From Candidatus Saccharimonadota bacterium (GTDB taxonomy: Archaea; Nanohalarchaeota; Nanosalinia; Nanosalinales; Nanosalinaceae), in contig NZ_CP180230.1 of assembly GCF_047555085.1 (NCBI RefSeq), positions 240,001 to 272,000 on the forward strand: a DNA stretch of 32,000 bases. The letters run 5' to 3'. Positions within the stretch are counted from its first letter, which is position 1. Every line of letters starts with the position of its first letter. The notes beneath the pieces were generated by a model that was not told where the DNA came from, made no database searches, and was given only the letters and a program-made list of their open reading frames with translations. Below, piece by piece: positions 15,361 to 23,244 of the stretch. Made by a program: the position numbers and the translations under genes.

Positions 15361-16761
15361 TCATCCGAGCGATCCCTCCATTTCAAGCTGTATCAATCTG
15401 TTAAGCTCTACTGCGTATTCAAGCGGGAGTTCTTTAGCGATCGGTTCGATGAATCCTCTTACGATCATTTCTTTGGCTTCTTCCTCATCGATTCCACGAC
15501 TTTGCATGTAATGGATTTCTTCGTCGCCGATTCTTCCTACTGTGGCTTCGTGCGCCATCTCGACGTCGTCTTCCTTGATCTCGATGTAAGGTTCTGTATC
15601 GGAAGTTGCTTCGTCTGAAAACATCAGTGCGTCGCATTCGATTGATGTCTTTGAGCCATGAGATCCTTCAGGTATTCTTACAAGACCTCTGTAGTTTGTA
15701 CGGCCAGATCCTTGAGAGATAGATTTTGACTCTATAGTGGACTTCGTATTTGGCGCATTATGTACTACTTTTGCTCCTGTATCGATATCCTGTCCGTCTC
15801 CGGCAAAGGAAATTGTGATATGATTGGCGCGTGCGCCTTCTCCGTTGAGATGGCTTGATGGGTAGAGCATCGTGACTTTGGATCCCATTGATCCGGACAC
15901 CCACTCCATTGTACCTTTTCCTGAAACCTTGGCTCTTTTCGTGTTCAGATTGTAAGTATTTTTACTCCAGTTCTGGACTGTTGAGTACTGTACGTGAGCG
16001 TTTTCCTTGACGAAAACCTCGACACAGCCAGAGTGAAGATTGTTTCTCGTGTACTGAGGTGCGGAACATCCTTCTATGTAGTGTACGGTTGAGTTCTCCT
16101 CTGCGATGATCAGTGTGTGTTCGAATTGGCCCATTCCTTTCGAGTTCATCCTGAAGTAGGCCTGTACCGGGATCTCAACTTCTACGCCTTCCGGTACGTA
16201 GACGAAGCTTCCGCCCGACCATACTGCTCCGTGTAGGGCGGCGAACTTGTTGTCCTGTGGAGGGACGCATTTGTTCATGAAGTATTCTTTTACCAGCTCT
16301 TCGTGTTCCTGGACTGCTTTGTCCATGTCGCAGAAGATTACTCCTTTTTCCTCCCATTTTTCTTTCATGTTCTGGTAGACGACTTCGGACTCGTACTGTG
16401 CGCCGACACCGGAGAGAGCTTCTCTTTCTGCATCCGGGATTCCGAGCTGATCAAAGGTGTCTTTGATCTCTTCCGGCACTTCTTCCCATGAATCGGATTG
16501 TTCTCCCTCTGCCACACGGAAAGGCGTGATCTCTGAGAAGTCAAGATCTGAAAGATCCGGGCCCCAGTCCGGCATAGGCCTCCTCTTGAAGTGATCGTAG
16601 GCCTGTAAACGTTTTTTCAGCATCCAGTCCGGCTCGTCCTTTTCCTCGGAAATTTTTCTTACTGTTTCTTCTGAGAGGCCTTCTCCGGAGTCGTAGCTGA
16701 TTTCTGCGTCGGTGATATGGTCGAACTTTTCCTGGTTCTTCTGGATTTCCTCGTTGCTCAT
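15361..16761 (-). CDS. sufB: Fe-S cluster assembly protein SufB
   Basis: Highly conserved SufB blocks: FAALHGAVWSGGSFVYVP, HTLIIAEENSTVHYIEGCSAP, CDALMFSDEATSDTEPYIEI, HEATVGRIGDEEIHYMQSRGIDEEEA. Confidence 0.95.
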   Translation of the reverse strand: MSNEEIQKNQEKFDHITDAEISYDSGEGLSEETVRKISEEKDEPDWMLKKRLQAYDHFKRRPMPDWGPDLSDLDFSEITPFRVAEGEQSDSWEEVPEEIKDTFDQLGIPDAEREALSGVGAQYESEVVYQNMKEKWEEKGVIFCDMDKAVQEHEELVKEYFMNKCVPPQDNKFAALHGAVWSGGSFVYVPEGVEVEIPVQAYFRMNSKGMGQFEHTLIIAEENSTVHYIEGCSAPQYTRNNLHSGCVEVFVKENAHVQYSTVQNWSKNTYNLNTKRAKVSGKGTMEWVSGSMGSKVTMLYPSSHLNGEGARANHITISFAGDGQDIDTGAKVVHNAPNTKSTIESKSISQGSGRTNYRGLVRIPEGSHGSKTSIECDALMFSDEATSDTEPYIEIKEDDVEMAHEATVGRIGDEEIHYMQSRGIDEEEAKEMIVRGFIEPIAKELPLEYAVELNRLIQLEMEGSLG

Positions 16762-16767
16762 AGTTAC

Positions 16768-16790
16768 TTTAGGTAGGCCTAAATCTTTAA
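16768..16790 (-). promoter_or_regulatory. sufB promoter module: TATA-like element plus the same 16-nt dyad as sufC
   Basis: The plus strand reads tttaggtaggcctaaa-tctttaa. On the sense strand it reads TTTAAAGA-TTTAGGCCTACCTAAA-gtaact-ATG, so the TATA centre lies about 26 nt from the ATG and the transcript is probably leaderless. Confidence 0.45.
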
Positions 16791-16886
16791 ATCCTGAGCT
16801 GAAGCTTCTGCAAAAAGGATTTAATACCTGAAGGTCACAAAGAAAAAGAGGGGATTGTTGTTTCAGATTTTGAAGAGCTTTACAGG

Positions 16887-17366
16887 ATGGCGGCAGATGA
16901 AGAGGAGTATATGGAGAATTTTAGAGAGAGCTTGACTTCTGCAGTTTCAGGCTATGTGGCGACCAGACTGAGCGATAACCTTTCCGGGGTACCGGTGTAT
17001 CTGGGCGAAGATATAACTGATGAAGAGATTCAGGATGCTGTTAATACTGCCCAGGACGTGTTAATGTTCTCTGAGGCGCGAGTAGGACAGCTAGCCTATG
17101 CGGCACAGGAGCTGAAGAGTCAGAACGGATTCAGACATTACAATGTGAATGGAGATGATGTCAAGGCCTCTGAATTTTCAGACATGTTCTGTGACAGGAT
17201 ACAGCAGTTCGAAGATGCCGAGGAAAGAATAGAGTACAACATGGAAGTCGCTGAACAGCAGGAAGGAATTCCTGTAAACGACGCCGAGATAGAGGCCTCT
17301 CAGGAAGTACCTGATTTCGATATAGATGACTGGAGATGGCCTAGAGAAAATCTCTGGCCTTTCTAG
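16887..17366 (+). CDS. Hypothetical acidic protein
   Basis: 159-aa ORF with an ATG start and acidic composition. No family was recognised. It shares a CTAG stop overlap with the convergent ribL-like gene. Confidence 0.55.
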   Translation: MAADEEEYMENFRESLTSAVSGYVATRLSDNLSGVPVYLGEDITDEEIQDAVNTAQDVLMFSEARVGQLAYAAQELKSQNGFRHYNVNGDDVKASEFSDMFCDRIQQFEDAEERIEYNMEVAEQQEGIPVNDAEIEASQEVPDFDIDDWRWPRENLWPF

Positions 17367-17761
17367 CTGTGAAAATCTTTTATCTTGCTTGACGAAAAGT
17401 CTTCAAGGCCTTCTATGCGTTTTACGGTGACTTTGTGGCCTGTAGCTTCTTCAGCCATTTTCTTTACTTCGTCTTTGCTGTGATTCTGGTCGTAGCCGAG
17501 AGTTATTACGTCGGGATCTATTTTCTCCACAGTTTCGTAGATGTCTCCTTCTGTCCCGAGAACTGCTTTATCTACAGTTTCGAGGGCCTGTACCATTTTC
17601 TGCCTGTCGTTTTCATCGAGGAAAATTTTTCTGTCCTCGTGGCGAGAATCTCTGGATATGACTACAACTAGTTCGTCCCCGAGCTTCTTTGACTCCTCAA
17701 AGTAATGCAGATGTCCTGGATGAAGAATGTCAAAAGTACCCTGTGCCATCACTGTCTTCAT
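17363..17761 (-). CDS. ribL: Cytidylyltransferase-fold nucleotidyltransferase, likely archaeal FAD synthase RibL
   Basis: GTFDILHPGHLHYFEESKKLGDELVVVISRD, and later ITLGYDQ. Its size (132 aa) and motifs match archaeal RibL/TagD-like enzymes. Confidence 0.65.
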   Translation of the reverse strand: MKTVMAQGTFDILHPGHLHYFEESKKLGDELVVVISRDSRHEDRKIFLDENDRQKMVQALETVDKAVLGTEGDIYETVEKIDPDVITLGYDQNHSKDEVKKMAEEATGHKVTVKRIEGLEDFSSSKIKDFHS

Positions 17762-17843
17762 AAATATTCATTTGAGGCCTGAAGCTTTATCGAACTACGG
17801 AAAAAACAACAGTTTTTATTTGTTATCAACAAGTAGTATTCCA

Positions 17844-18359
17844 ATGAGTGATTTTGATCTGGGATCTGCATCGAGAACTGAAGTTCTTGACAGTTTCCGC
17901 ACTGAATACGCCGAACAGATAGAAGAGGCCTACAGAGAAAGATACGGAGATACGATGGATATACAGCTCACAGGCCCGGAGGCGATTACTAACAGAGGCC
18001 CGGCTGTAGCCACAACTGAGTCCGCTATGCATACCTACGAGGCCGATATGGGTCTTTACGATGACGTTCTACCTTTCCGTGTAACTGTCCATGATATGCC
18101 GTACAGCGTCGAAGATATTTTCGATCAGGATGCAATCAATCTTTCAAAGCTCACAGAGGCCTTTACTACGGACTTCGATCCTGAGGCCTCCAGAACACGT
18201 TTTATCCAGTTATCGGTAGATGATCCGGAAAGAGACGGTGAAGATTTCAAGGATCAATGGTTCGCATTAAAGCAAGCTGTGAATGATGCTCTAGATCCTG
18301 AAGATGAATTTCAGACGAATGAGCTTGATCATATCTACGTCTATGAATCAATGGATTAA
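17844..18359 (+). CDS. Hypothetical acidic protein
   Basis: The internal ATG at 17844 (MSDFDLGSASR...) avoids overlap with the ribL-like gene. The product is 171 aa and acidic. No family was recognised. Confidence 0.55.
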   Translation: MSDFDLGSASRTEVLDSFRTEYAEQIEEAYRERYGDTMDIQLTGPEAITNRGPAVATTESAMHTYEADMGLYDDVLPFRVTVHDMPYSVEDIFDQDAINLSKLTEAFTTDFDPEASRTRFIQLSVDDPERDGEDFKDQWFALKQAVNDALDPEDEFQTNELDHIYVYESMD

Positions 18360-20182
18360 CTGAAAAATTCTTCTATCTCTTTCCACGGTGCACGGCTCTT
18401 CCTCAGCTGTTTGTCTTTTGGGAAGACTTTCCTGTAGTTACTCCAGTCATATCTTTCATCCATGTAGACAATAGCTCCTTTATCGGTCTTGGAACGGATA
18501 CATCTCCCTGCTGCCTGTATAGCTGTATTCATGGCAGGATAACTGTATCCGTAATCCCAGCCATGCCCAAATTTTTCATCGTAGAAATCAATCAGGCCCT
18601 GAGTCTCGATATCAGGCCTCTTCAGAGGGATACCGACTATGAATACTGCTTTCAGTATCTCTCCCGGGAAATCGATTCCCTCTCCGAAGCTTCCGGCTGC
18701 TACTCCAAGAAGCACGGAGTTTCCTTCTCCCTTCGTCGCTGCAAAATCATCGAAGAGCTTCTGCTTTTCTTCTTTATCCATCCGTCTTTTCTCTATGAAC
18801 AGGTCTCTGTCCGTTCTGTCCTTCAGAACTTGCTTGATCTTGTGCAGCATTGCATAGCTCGGGAAAAATACTCCGCAGTTTCCTGGTACGGATTCAAAGC
18901 TTTGCTTGAGGTACCAGGCGTATTTTTCTATCATGTCGTCGCCTCTTTCCGAATATTTTGTCGTCAGAGTAGGCACTATAAGATCTAGCTCGTTCTCGCT
19001 AGGGAATGGGGATTCAAAGCTTACTTTGCGTGCATTTTCGAGGCCTAAGAGATCGGCATACATTTTCTGAGGTGTGAGCGTTCCTGACATCAGTATGCTG
19101 GCATGGGCCTTGTTCAAAGGTTTCTCAGTTGATATCTGTGGATTGAGACAGGAGTAACGTACTTTGATGTATCTGTCGCCGCTGCTTGATCGCTCACGTT
19201 TCAGGAAACGGATAAATCCTTTATCGCCTCCTTCCTTCCAGTTCTCCAAGAACTCTGCAACAGAGGCACAGTAACTGCTCTCCTCTTCTTCCTGCACTTC
19301 CTCGGCAACATTCTCGAGTTCTACGATAAGATCTTCGATTTCAGTGAAGCTCTCCACGATATCTGTTATGTCACTCTTTTCAAGCTCTGCCTCGTGCTCC
19401 TCCATTCCTAGCTTGTCGGCTCCAAGTGATGCAACGCCTGATTTAAGCTGTTCAAGCTTCTCCTGTTCGTTGTAGTATCCAAATCTGTCTGTCTCTGTTA
19501 TAGCATCGTTCAGAAGCGGTATAGACAAAGTGAAGGAGAACAGGGAGCGAGTTCGCGATGGAAGATTGTGCGCCTCATCAACTATCAGTATAGAATCCTC
19601 CAGAGTTGTATCCGCCTTTTCGAAAACGATGTCGCGCACCATGGGATGGAATACATGGAAATAGTCGGCGATTACTATGTCTGCATCATGCATCATATGC
19701 ATAAGGATTTCATAAGGGCACACCTCTTTGCAGCGTTGTTTAACTTCTTCTGCTCTCAAGTTCTGATGCTTCAGGGCCTTTATCTTGTTCTTAGCTTTCT
19801 CTGTAAGCTCGTGTGAATCTGTGTATGTCTTGCTGTACCGTGGGCAGTCCGGGCCTTCTCCTGCTGTTGTACCGGGATCTGCCTCACACAGATGGCTTTT
19901 TCCGATTAGATCAACTGAAATTATGTTTTGTCCGTGCCGTTCTTTCATCCCTTTTACTGTCTCCAGTGCGATATCGTGCTGTGAGTGTCGAGGTGTAAGG
20001 AAGAACACTGTCTCGTCTTTCTCCAGAGCTTCCTGGATGCTTGGTGTCAGTGCTGCAGCAGTCTTCCCAAGCCCTGTTGGCGCATGTGCGATAAGAGAAC
20101 TGCTTTCGTCTATTGTTTCCTGTATCTCGTCCATCAGTTCTTTCTGACTGTCCCTAACTTCTTCAAAAGGAAAGAGCTCCAT
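18356..20182 (-). CDS. xpd: XPD/Rad3-family 5'-3' DNA helicase with Fe-S domain
   Basis: Walker A AHAPTGLGKTAA and DEAH box VDEAHNL. Four Cys (C..x13..C, then CKEVCPYE) are consistent with the XPD 4Fe-4S domain. C-terminal motifs GSFGEGIDFPG and QAAGRCIRS are present. The ATG at 20182 (MELFPFEE...) is used because the track N-terminal extension is basic and hydrophobic and looks non-coding. Confidence 0.88.
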   Translation of the reverse strand: MELFPFEEVRDSQKELMDEIQETIDESSSLIAHAPTGLGKTAAALTPSIQEALEKDETVFFLTPRHSQHDIALETVKGMKERHGQNIISVDLIGKSHLCEADPGTTAGEGPDCPRYSKTYTDSHELTEKAKNKIKALKHQNLRAEEVKQRCKEVCPYEILMHMMHDADIVIADYFHVFHPMVRDIVFEKADTTLEDSILIVDEAHNLPSRTRSLFSFTLSIPLLNDAITETDRFGYYNEQEKLEQLKSGVASLGADKLGMEEHEAELEKSDITDIVESFTEIEDLIVELENVAEEVQEEEESSYCASVAEFLENWKEGGDKGFIRFLKRERSSSGDRYIKVRYSCLNPQISTEKPLNKAHASILMSGTLTPQKMYADLLGLENARKVSFESPFPSENELDLIVPTLTTKYSERGDDMIEKYAWYLKQSFESVPGNCGVFFPSYAMLHKIKQVLKDRTDRDLFIEKRRMDKEEKQKLFDDFAATKGEGNSVLLGVAAGSFGEGIDFPGEILKAVFIVGIPLKRPDIETQGLIDFYDEKFGHGWDYGYSYPAMNTAIQAAGRCIRSKTDKGAIVYMDERYDWSNYRKVFPKDKQLRKSRAPWKEIEEFFS

Positions 20183-20268
20183 ACAAGAATAAGACGAATT
20201 GCGAAACCATAAGAAACCTACCCGCCTCCCCGGAAAAACGTAAAAAATTAGAGGCCTGTAAAAAGGAT

Positions 20269-21144
20269 ATGGCCTGGACAGCAGTAGAAAAAATAGAGGA
20301 GGCGGCAAAGCAGACAAGAGAACTACTGCTACCTTTCGAGCCAGGCTTCTGGGCAAAACTAACTTTCCTGACATTTCTAACAGGCTCAGGCCTCAGCACG
20401 GCATTCCTCCAGACATCATACACGCCGAACACAGGGATGCATCAGGGAATGATGTACACGCCTTCCCCACAGATCTCAAATCTTGTAATCGCTATAGCAG
20501 GCCTCATAATCTCACTGGGATTCATCTTCATGCTTCTGAACAGTATAGCCGAGTTCGCACTTTTCAAGACTATTCTAACTAAAAAAGCAAAGCTCTGGAG
20601 CTACTTCAAAGAAAATACAGGCAGAGGCCTGAGATACATGGCATACAGGATAGCTGTCTTAATTACAGCTGTAACAGTATCCGGACTGGCAGTACTAATA
20701 TTTGCGATAAATCCTCTGCTAGGCCTACTGTCTCTGCTGTTGTTGATACCGATTTTCATAGCGCTGGCGGTCTTTGATTTGCTTTTAAGAGACTTTGTTC
20801 TGCTTGAAATGCTGGAAAGCGATCAAGGACTTCTGGAATCCATCAGAACTGTGTATAGAGACTTCAGGCCTCAATGGAAAGAAGTTGCGGTCTACATTAT
20901 CGTAAGAATTGTTCTCACAGCAGCTATAGGCGTGGCAGTTGCGACGGCAGCAGGATTTACAGGCCTCATGTTCGCAGTTCCGGCTGTAATAGTTCTGATG
21001 TTGACAGAGTTATCCCTGATTTTCGTACTGCCTCTAATCGCTCTGGCATTGATGGCAGTAGCTGTAATGGTCGCTGTATCTATGCCTTTCCAGGTATACC
21101 TGTACAGCTACAAGATGGAAGTCTACACTGCCCTGAAAAAATAG
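20269..21144 (+). CDS. Polytopic integral membrane protein, function unknown
   Basis: 291 aa with about 6 hydrophobic helices and an ATG start. No catalytic motif was recognised. Confidence 0.6.
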   Translation: MAWTAVEKIEEAAKQTRELLLPFEPGFWAKLTFLTFLTGSGLSTAFLQTSYTPNTGMHQGMMYTPSPQISNLVIAIAGLIISLGFIFMLLNSIAEFALFKTILTKKAKLWSYFKENTGRGLRYMAYRIAVLITAVTVSGLAVLIFAINPLLGLLSLLLLIPIFIALAVFDLLLRDFVLLEMLESDQGLLESIRTVYRDFRPQWKEVAVYIIVRIVLTAAIGVAVATAAGFTGLMFAVPAVIVLMLTELSLIFVLPLIALALMAVAVMVAVSMPFQVYLYSYKMEVYTALKK

Positions 21145-21211
21145 TTCATCGACTATCTCTGAAGGCCTCTGAACTCGTCTGGATCAGAAAAGAAGGGGGG
21201 GGAGGGGGAGG

Positions 21212-21358
21212 CTAGAGCTCGAAGTCATCGTACTCCTTCAAGAGGAGTCTGACGGCCTCATGAAAAGCGTCAGTCTTGTTTTTGAAGACTCCGTTCTCAA
21301 CTTTCCTGTCAAGTTCTTCATTCAAACTATCAGAGAGTCTTACAGAGACCGTTGCCAT
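21212..21358 (-). CDS. Ribbon-helix-helix (CopG/Arc/MetJ-like) DNA-binding protein, 48 aa (not in ORF track)
   Basis: Hand translation gives MATVSVRLSDSLNEELDRKVENGVFKNKTDAFHEAVRLLLKEYDDFEL. It shows the classic RHH pattern: a beta strand (VSVRLS), helix A, a G-x turn, then helix B. Confidence 0.7.
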   Translation of the reverse strand: MATVSVRLSDSLNEELDRKVENGVFKNKTDAFHEAVRLLLKEYDDFEL

Positions 21359-21413
21359 CAAGCCCTACCCATATGTAATACTGAAAGTCCTCTACATATA
21401 AATCTTTTCTAGA

Positions 21414-21426
21414 TCTGTATTACAGA
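21414..21426. promoter_or_regulatory. Palindromic site 1 upstream of the RHH gene
   Basis: tctgta-t-tacaga, immediately upstream (in the sense direction) of the TATA-like tttatat. Confidence 0.4.
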
Positions 21427-21489
21427 AAAACTTTTTCTGGGGAATACTATGCAAATTTTCCTGTAAAATCTGTGTAAAGGCCTCTATAT

Positions 21490-21504
21490 TTCTGTATTAC
21501 AGAA
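21490..21504. promoter_or_regulatory. Palindromic site 2 upstream of the RHH gene
   Basis: ttctgta-t-tacagaa has perfect 7-bp arms and the same core as site 1. A third core copy, tgtaatac, lies at 21374-21381 between the TATA element and the ATG. Confidence 0.4.
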
Positions 21505-21509
21505 ATTTT

Positions 21510-22691
21510 CTAGAAGTCGGTGAGTGTTGACTGTCGGCCTTCCAGCATCTTGCTTCTTCTCCTGATTCTGTTGTACAGGTATCGGAACTCGTTGCTTACC
21601 CTGTACTTCAGGTCTTCGAACGTCTCGATTTCTTCGGCCTCCTCTGTGAACGCGTTCCGGACTGTCTCTCGTATCACCCAGACTCCCAGAGGTGCCCAGT
21701 AGTCTGGTGTAACGTCTCTCAGGACAAGAGCCTTCGCCTGTTTTCCTCGTTCATCAAGATACTCCATAAGGCCTAGTCTGGTTGCGTAGAAGGCCCCGGC
21801 TGTCTGCTCTGCGTAACTGGTTCTCCCGCTGTATGGCTCGTAGTTCTGTGCGATGTACGTGTTTTTCGCCGCGTTCCATACGGAGCCGGAGCGCTTGAAC
21901 TCCATAAGCTCGTACTCCCATTTCCCGGGTATCAGAAAGATATGGAAATTATTTCCAACGTAACTGTTTCGATAGTACTCGATTTTATCGATCTGATTGT
22001 AATGCTTCACTCTTTCACGCAATTTTTTGGAGATCATATCGTCCGTCGCCGTAATACTCCAGCGTGTAGGAACAAGCTCTCTATTTTCTTCCTCTCCCAG
22101 CATACCTGTGGAAAGTGACTGCTGAATCTTGTAATTATCAACGCCTTTAGAGTAAAGCTCCTTAACACCTGTCTCAGCCTTCAAATCGGTATCGTAAAAG
22201 GCCTTCTCAACTTTCCGTGCTACAGTCGGATTCTCTCCCAGCTGAAACCTCTCTATATCACCTGAGGCAGAAACAGGCGCAGCTCTTCCACCGCTGATAC
22301 TGGCGTTAGGCCTCTTACTGAGATCGACTTCTATATCGACAGGTTTCCTGGCCATAGCGATCTCCCGGGTGTTATCTAGGAATGTATCCGTGTCTTTCAC
22401 CTTCAGCTTTCTCTTCGAGTTCACAAGAGAAGTCCTCAGAGAGGCCACTTTCTCGATAGAGTAGTTTTCACGGTACCATTTGTCAGGAGAATCCATCAAT
22501 TGGGAATCCGTCTGCTGCTGGGGCGACAGAACACCAGTATTCACTTTTGGATAGTTATGAGAACCGATGAACACACTTGGAGGAGAAAGGCCCTGAAAGC
22601 TTTTCTTCCGTTCCTGTGAAGGCATAACTCTTTCCAGCTTCCTGCGGGCCTCGTCCTCACTCATCCCTTTTGCGAGTTTGCCGTAGCCCAT
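21510..22691 (-). CDS. nreA: NreA-like archaeal DNA repair protein (DUF650/DUF651 family, from memory)
   Basis: GLSPPSVFIGSHNYPKVNTGVLSP near the N-terminus and WAPLGVWVIRETVRNAF near the C-terminus match my recollection of the Nre family. Its length (393 aa) is typical. Confidence 0.55.
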   Translation of the reverse strand: MGYGKLAKGMSEDEARRKLERVMPSQERKKSFQGLSPPSVFIGSHNYPKVNTGVLSPQQQTDSQLMDSPDKWYRENYSIEKVASLRTSLVNSKRKLKVKDTDTFLDNTREIAMARKPVDIEVDLSKRPNASISGGRAAPVSASGDIERFQLGENPTVARKVEKAFYDTDLKAETGVKELYSKGVDNYKIQQSLSTGMLGEEENRELVPTRWSITATDDMISKKLRERVKHYNQIDKIEYYRNSYVGNNFHIFLIPGKWEYELMEFKRSGSVWNAAKNTYIAQNYEPYSGRTSYAEQTAGAFYATRLGLMEYLDERGKQAKALVLRDVTPDYWAPLGVWVIRETVRNAFTEEAEEIETFEDLKYRVSNEFRYLYNRIRRRSKMLEGRQSTLTDF

Positions 22692-22772
22692 GTATCTTAA
22701 CAGGAACGTGAATAATTAGAACCTTCCGATACAGGAAAACTGATTCAAGAGTAACTTTCCAATAAAAATTCA

Positions 22773-23243
22773 ATGTCGGAAAATCCGGATCCAGGAAAAA
22801 CTTACCAGCGGGAAATATACAGATACGTCGAGGACATAACAGAAGGCCTCATGGATACAGCTCAAGAAGATATCTCACAACAACTGGAACAGCAGTACGG
22901 ATTAAATTTCTATCCCATAGACAAGGATTTCGAATCCGGTAACAAGTACATGAGAGCAAGCTTCGGACTTTCAGGCCTTCTATCAAGAAAATACTCGAGG
23001 CCTAACGACACTTTCTTCGACAACAGAGAGGAAACATTCAGAGAGTTCATCGAAGAACTCGGAAGATTCGGCACAGGATACGAAAAGACACACCTGATCC
23101 AGTACGCACAGCTTTACTCAGAAATAGCAGATATAGAAGATATAGAGTTCGATCATCCTGTAGAAACACTGGTGCTACAGGATCTTGACGAGGCCCGTGG
23201 CACAGTCAGAGAAATGTTTGATGATCTGGCCGAAAAATTCTGA
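22773..23243 (+). CDS. Hypothetical acidic protein
   Basis: 156-aa ORF with an ATG start and acidic composition. No family was recognised. Confidence 0.55.
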   Translation: MSENPDPGKTYQREIYRYVEDITEGLMDTAQEDISQQLEQQYGLNFYPIDKDFESGNKYMRASFGLSGLLSRKYSRPNDTFFDNREETFREFIEELGRFGTGYEKTHLIQYAQLYSEIADIEDIEFDHPVETLVLQDLDEARGTVREMFDDLAEKF

Positions 23244-23244
23244 G

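Noticed and set aside
20183-20374. N-terminal 64-aa extension of the XPD ORF (track start 20374).
   Set aside because: The extension (MSGKLVLPRSLARK...FFLLLSRPYPFYR) is basic and hydrophobic, and it overlaps the divergent gene at 20269. Helicase motif I follows shortly after the ATG at 20182.
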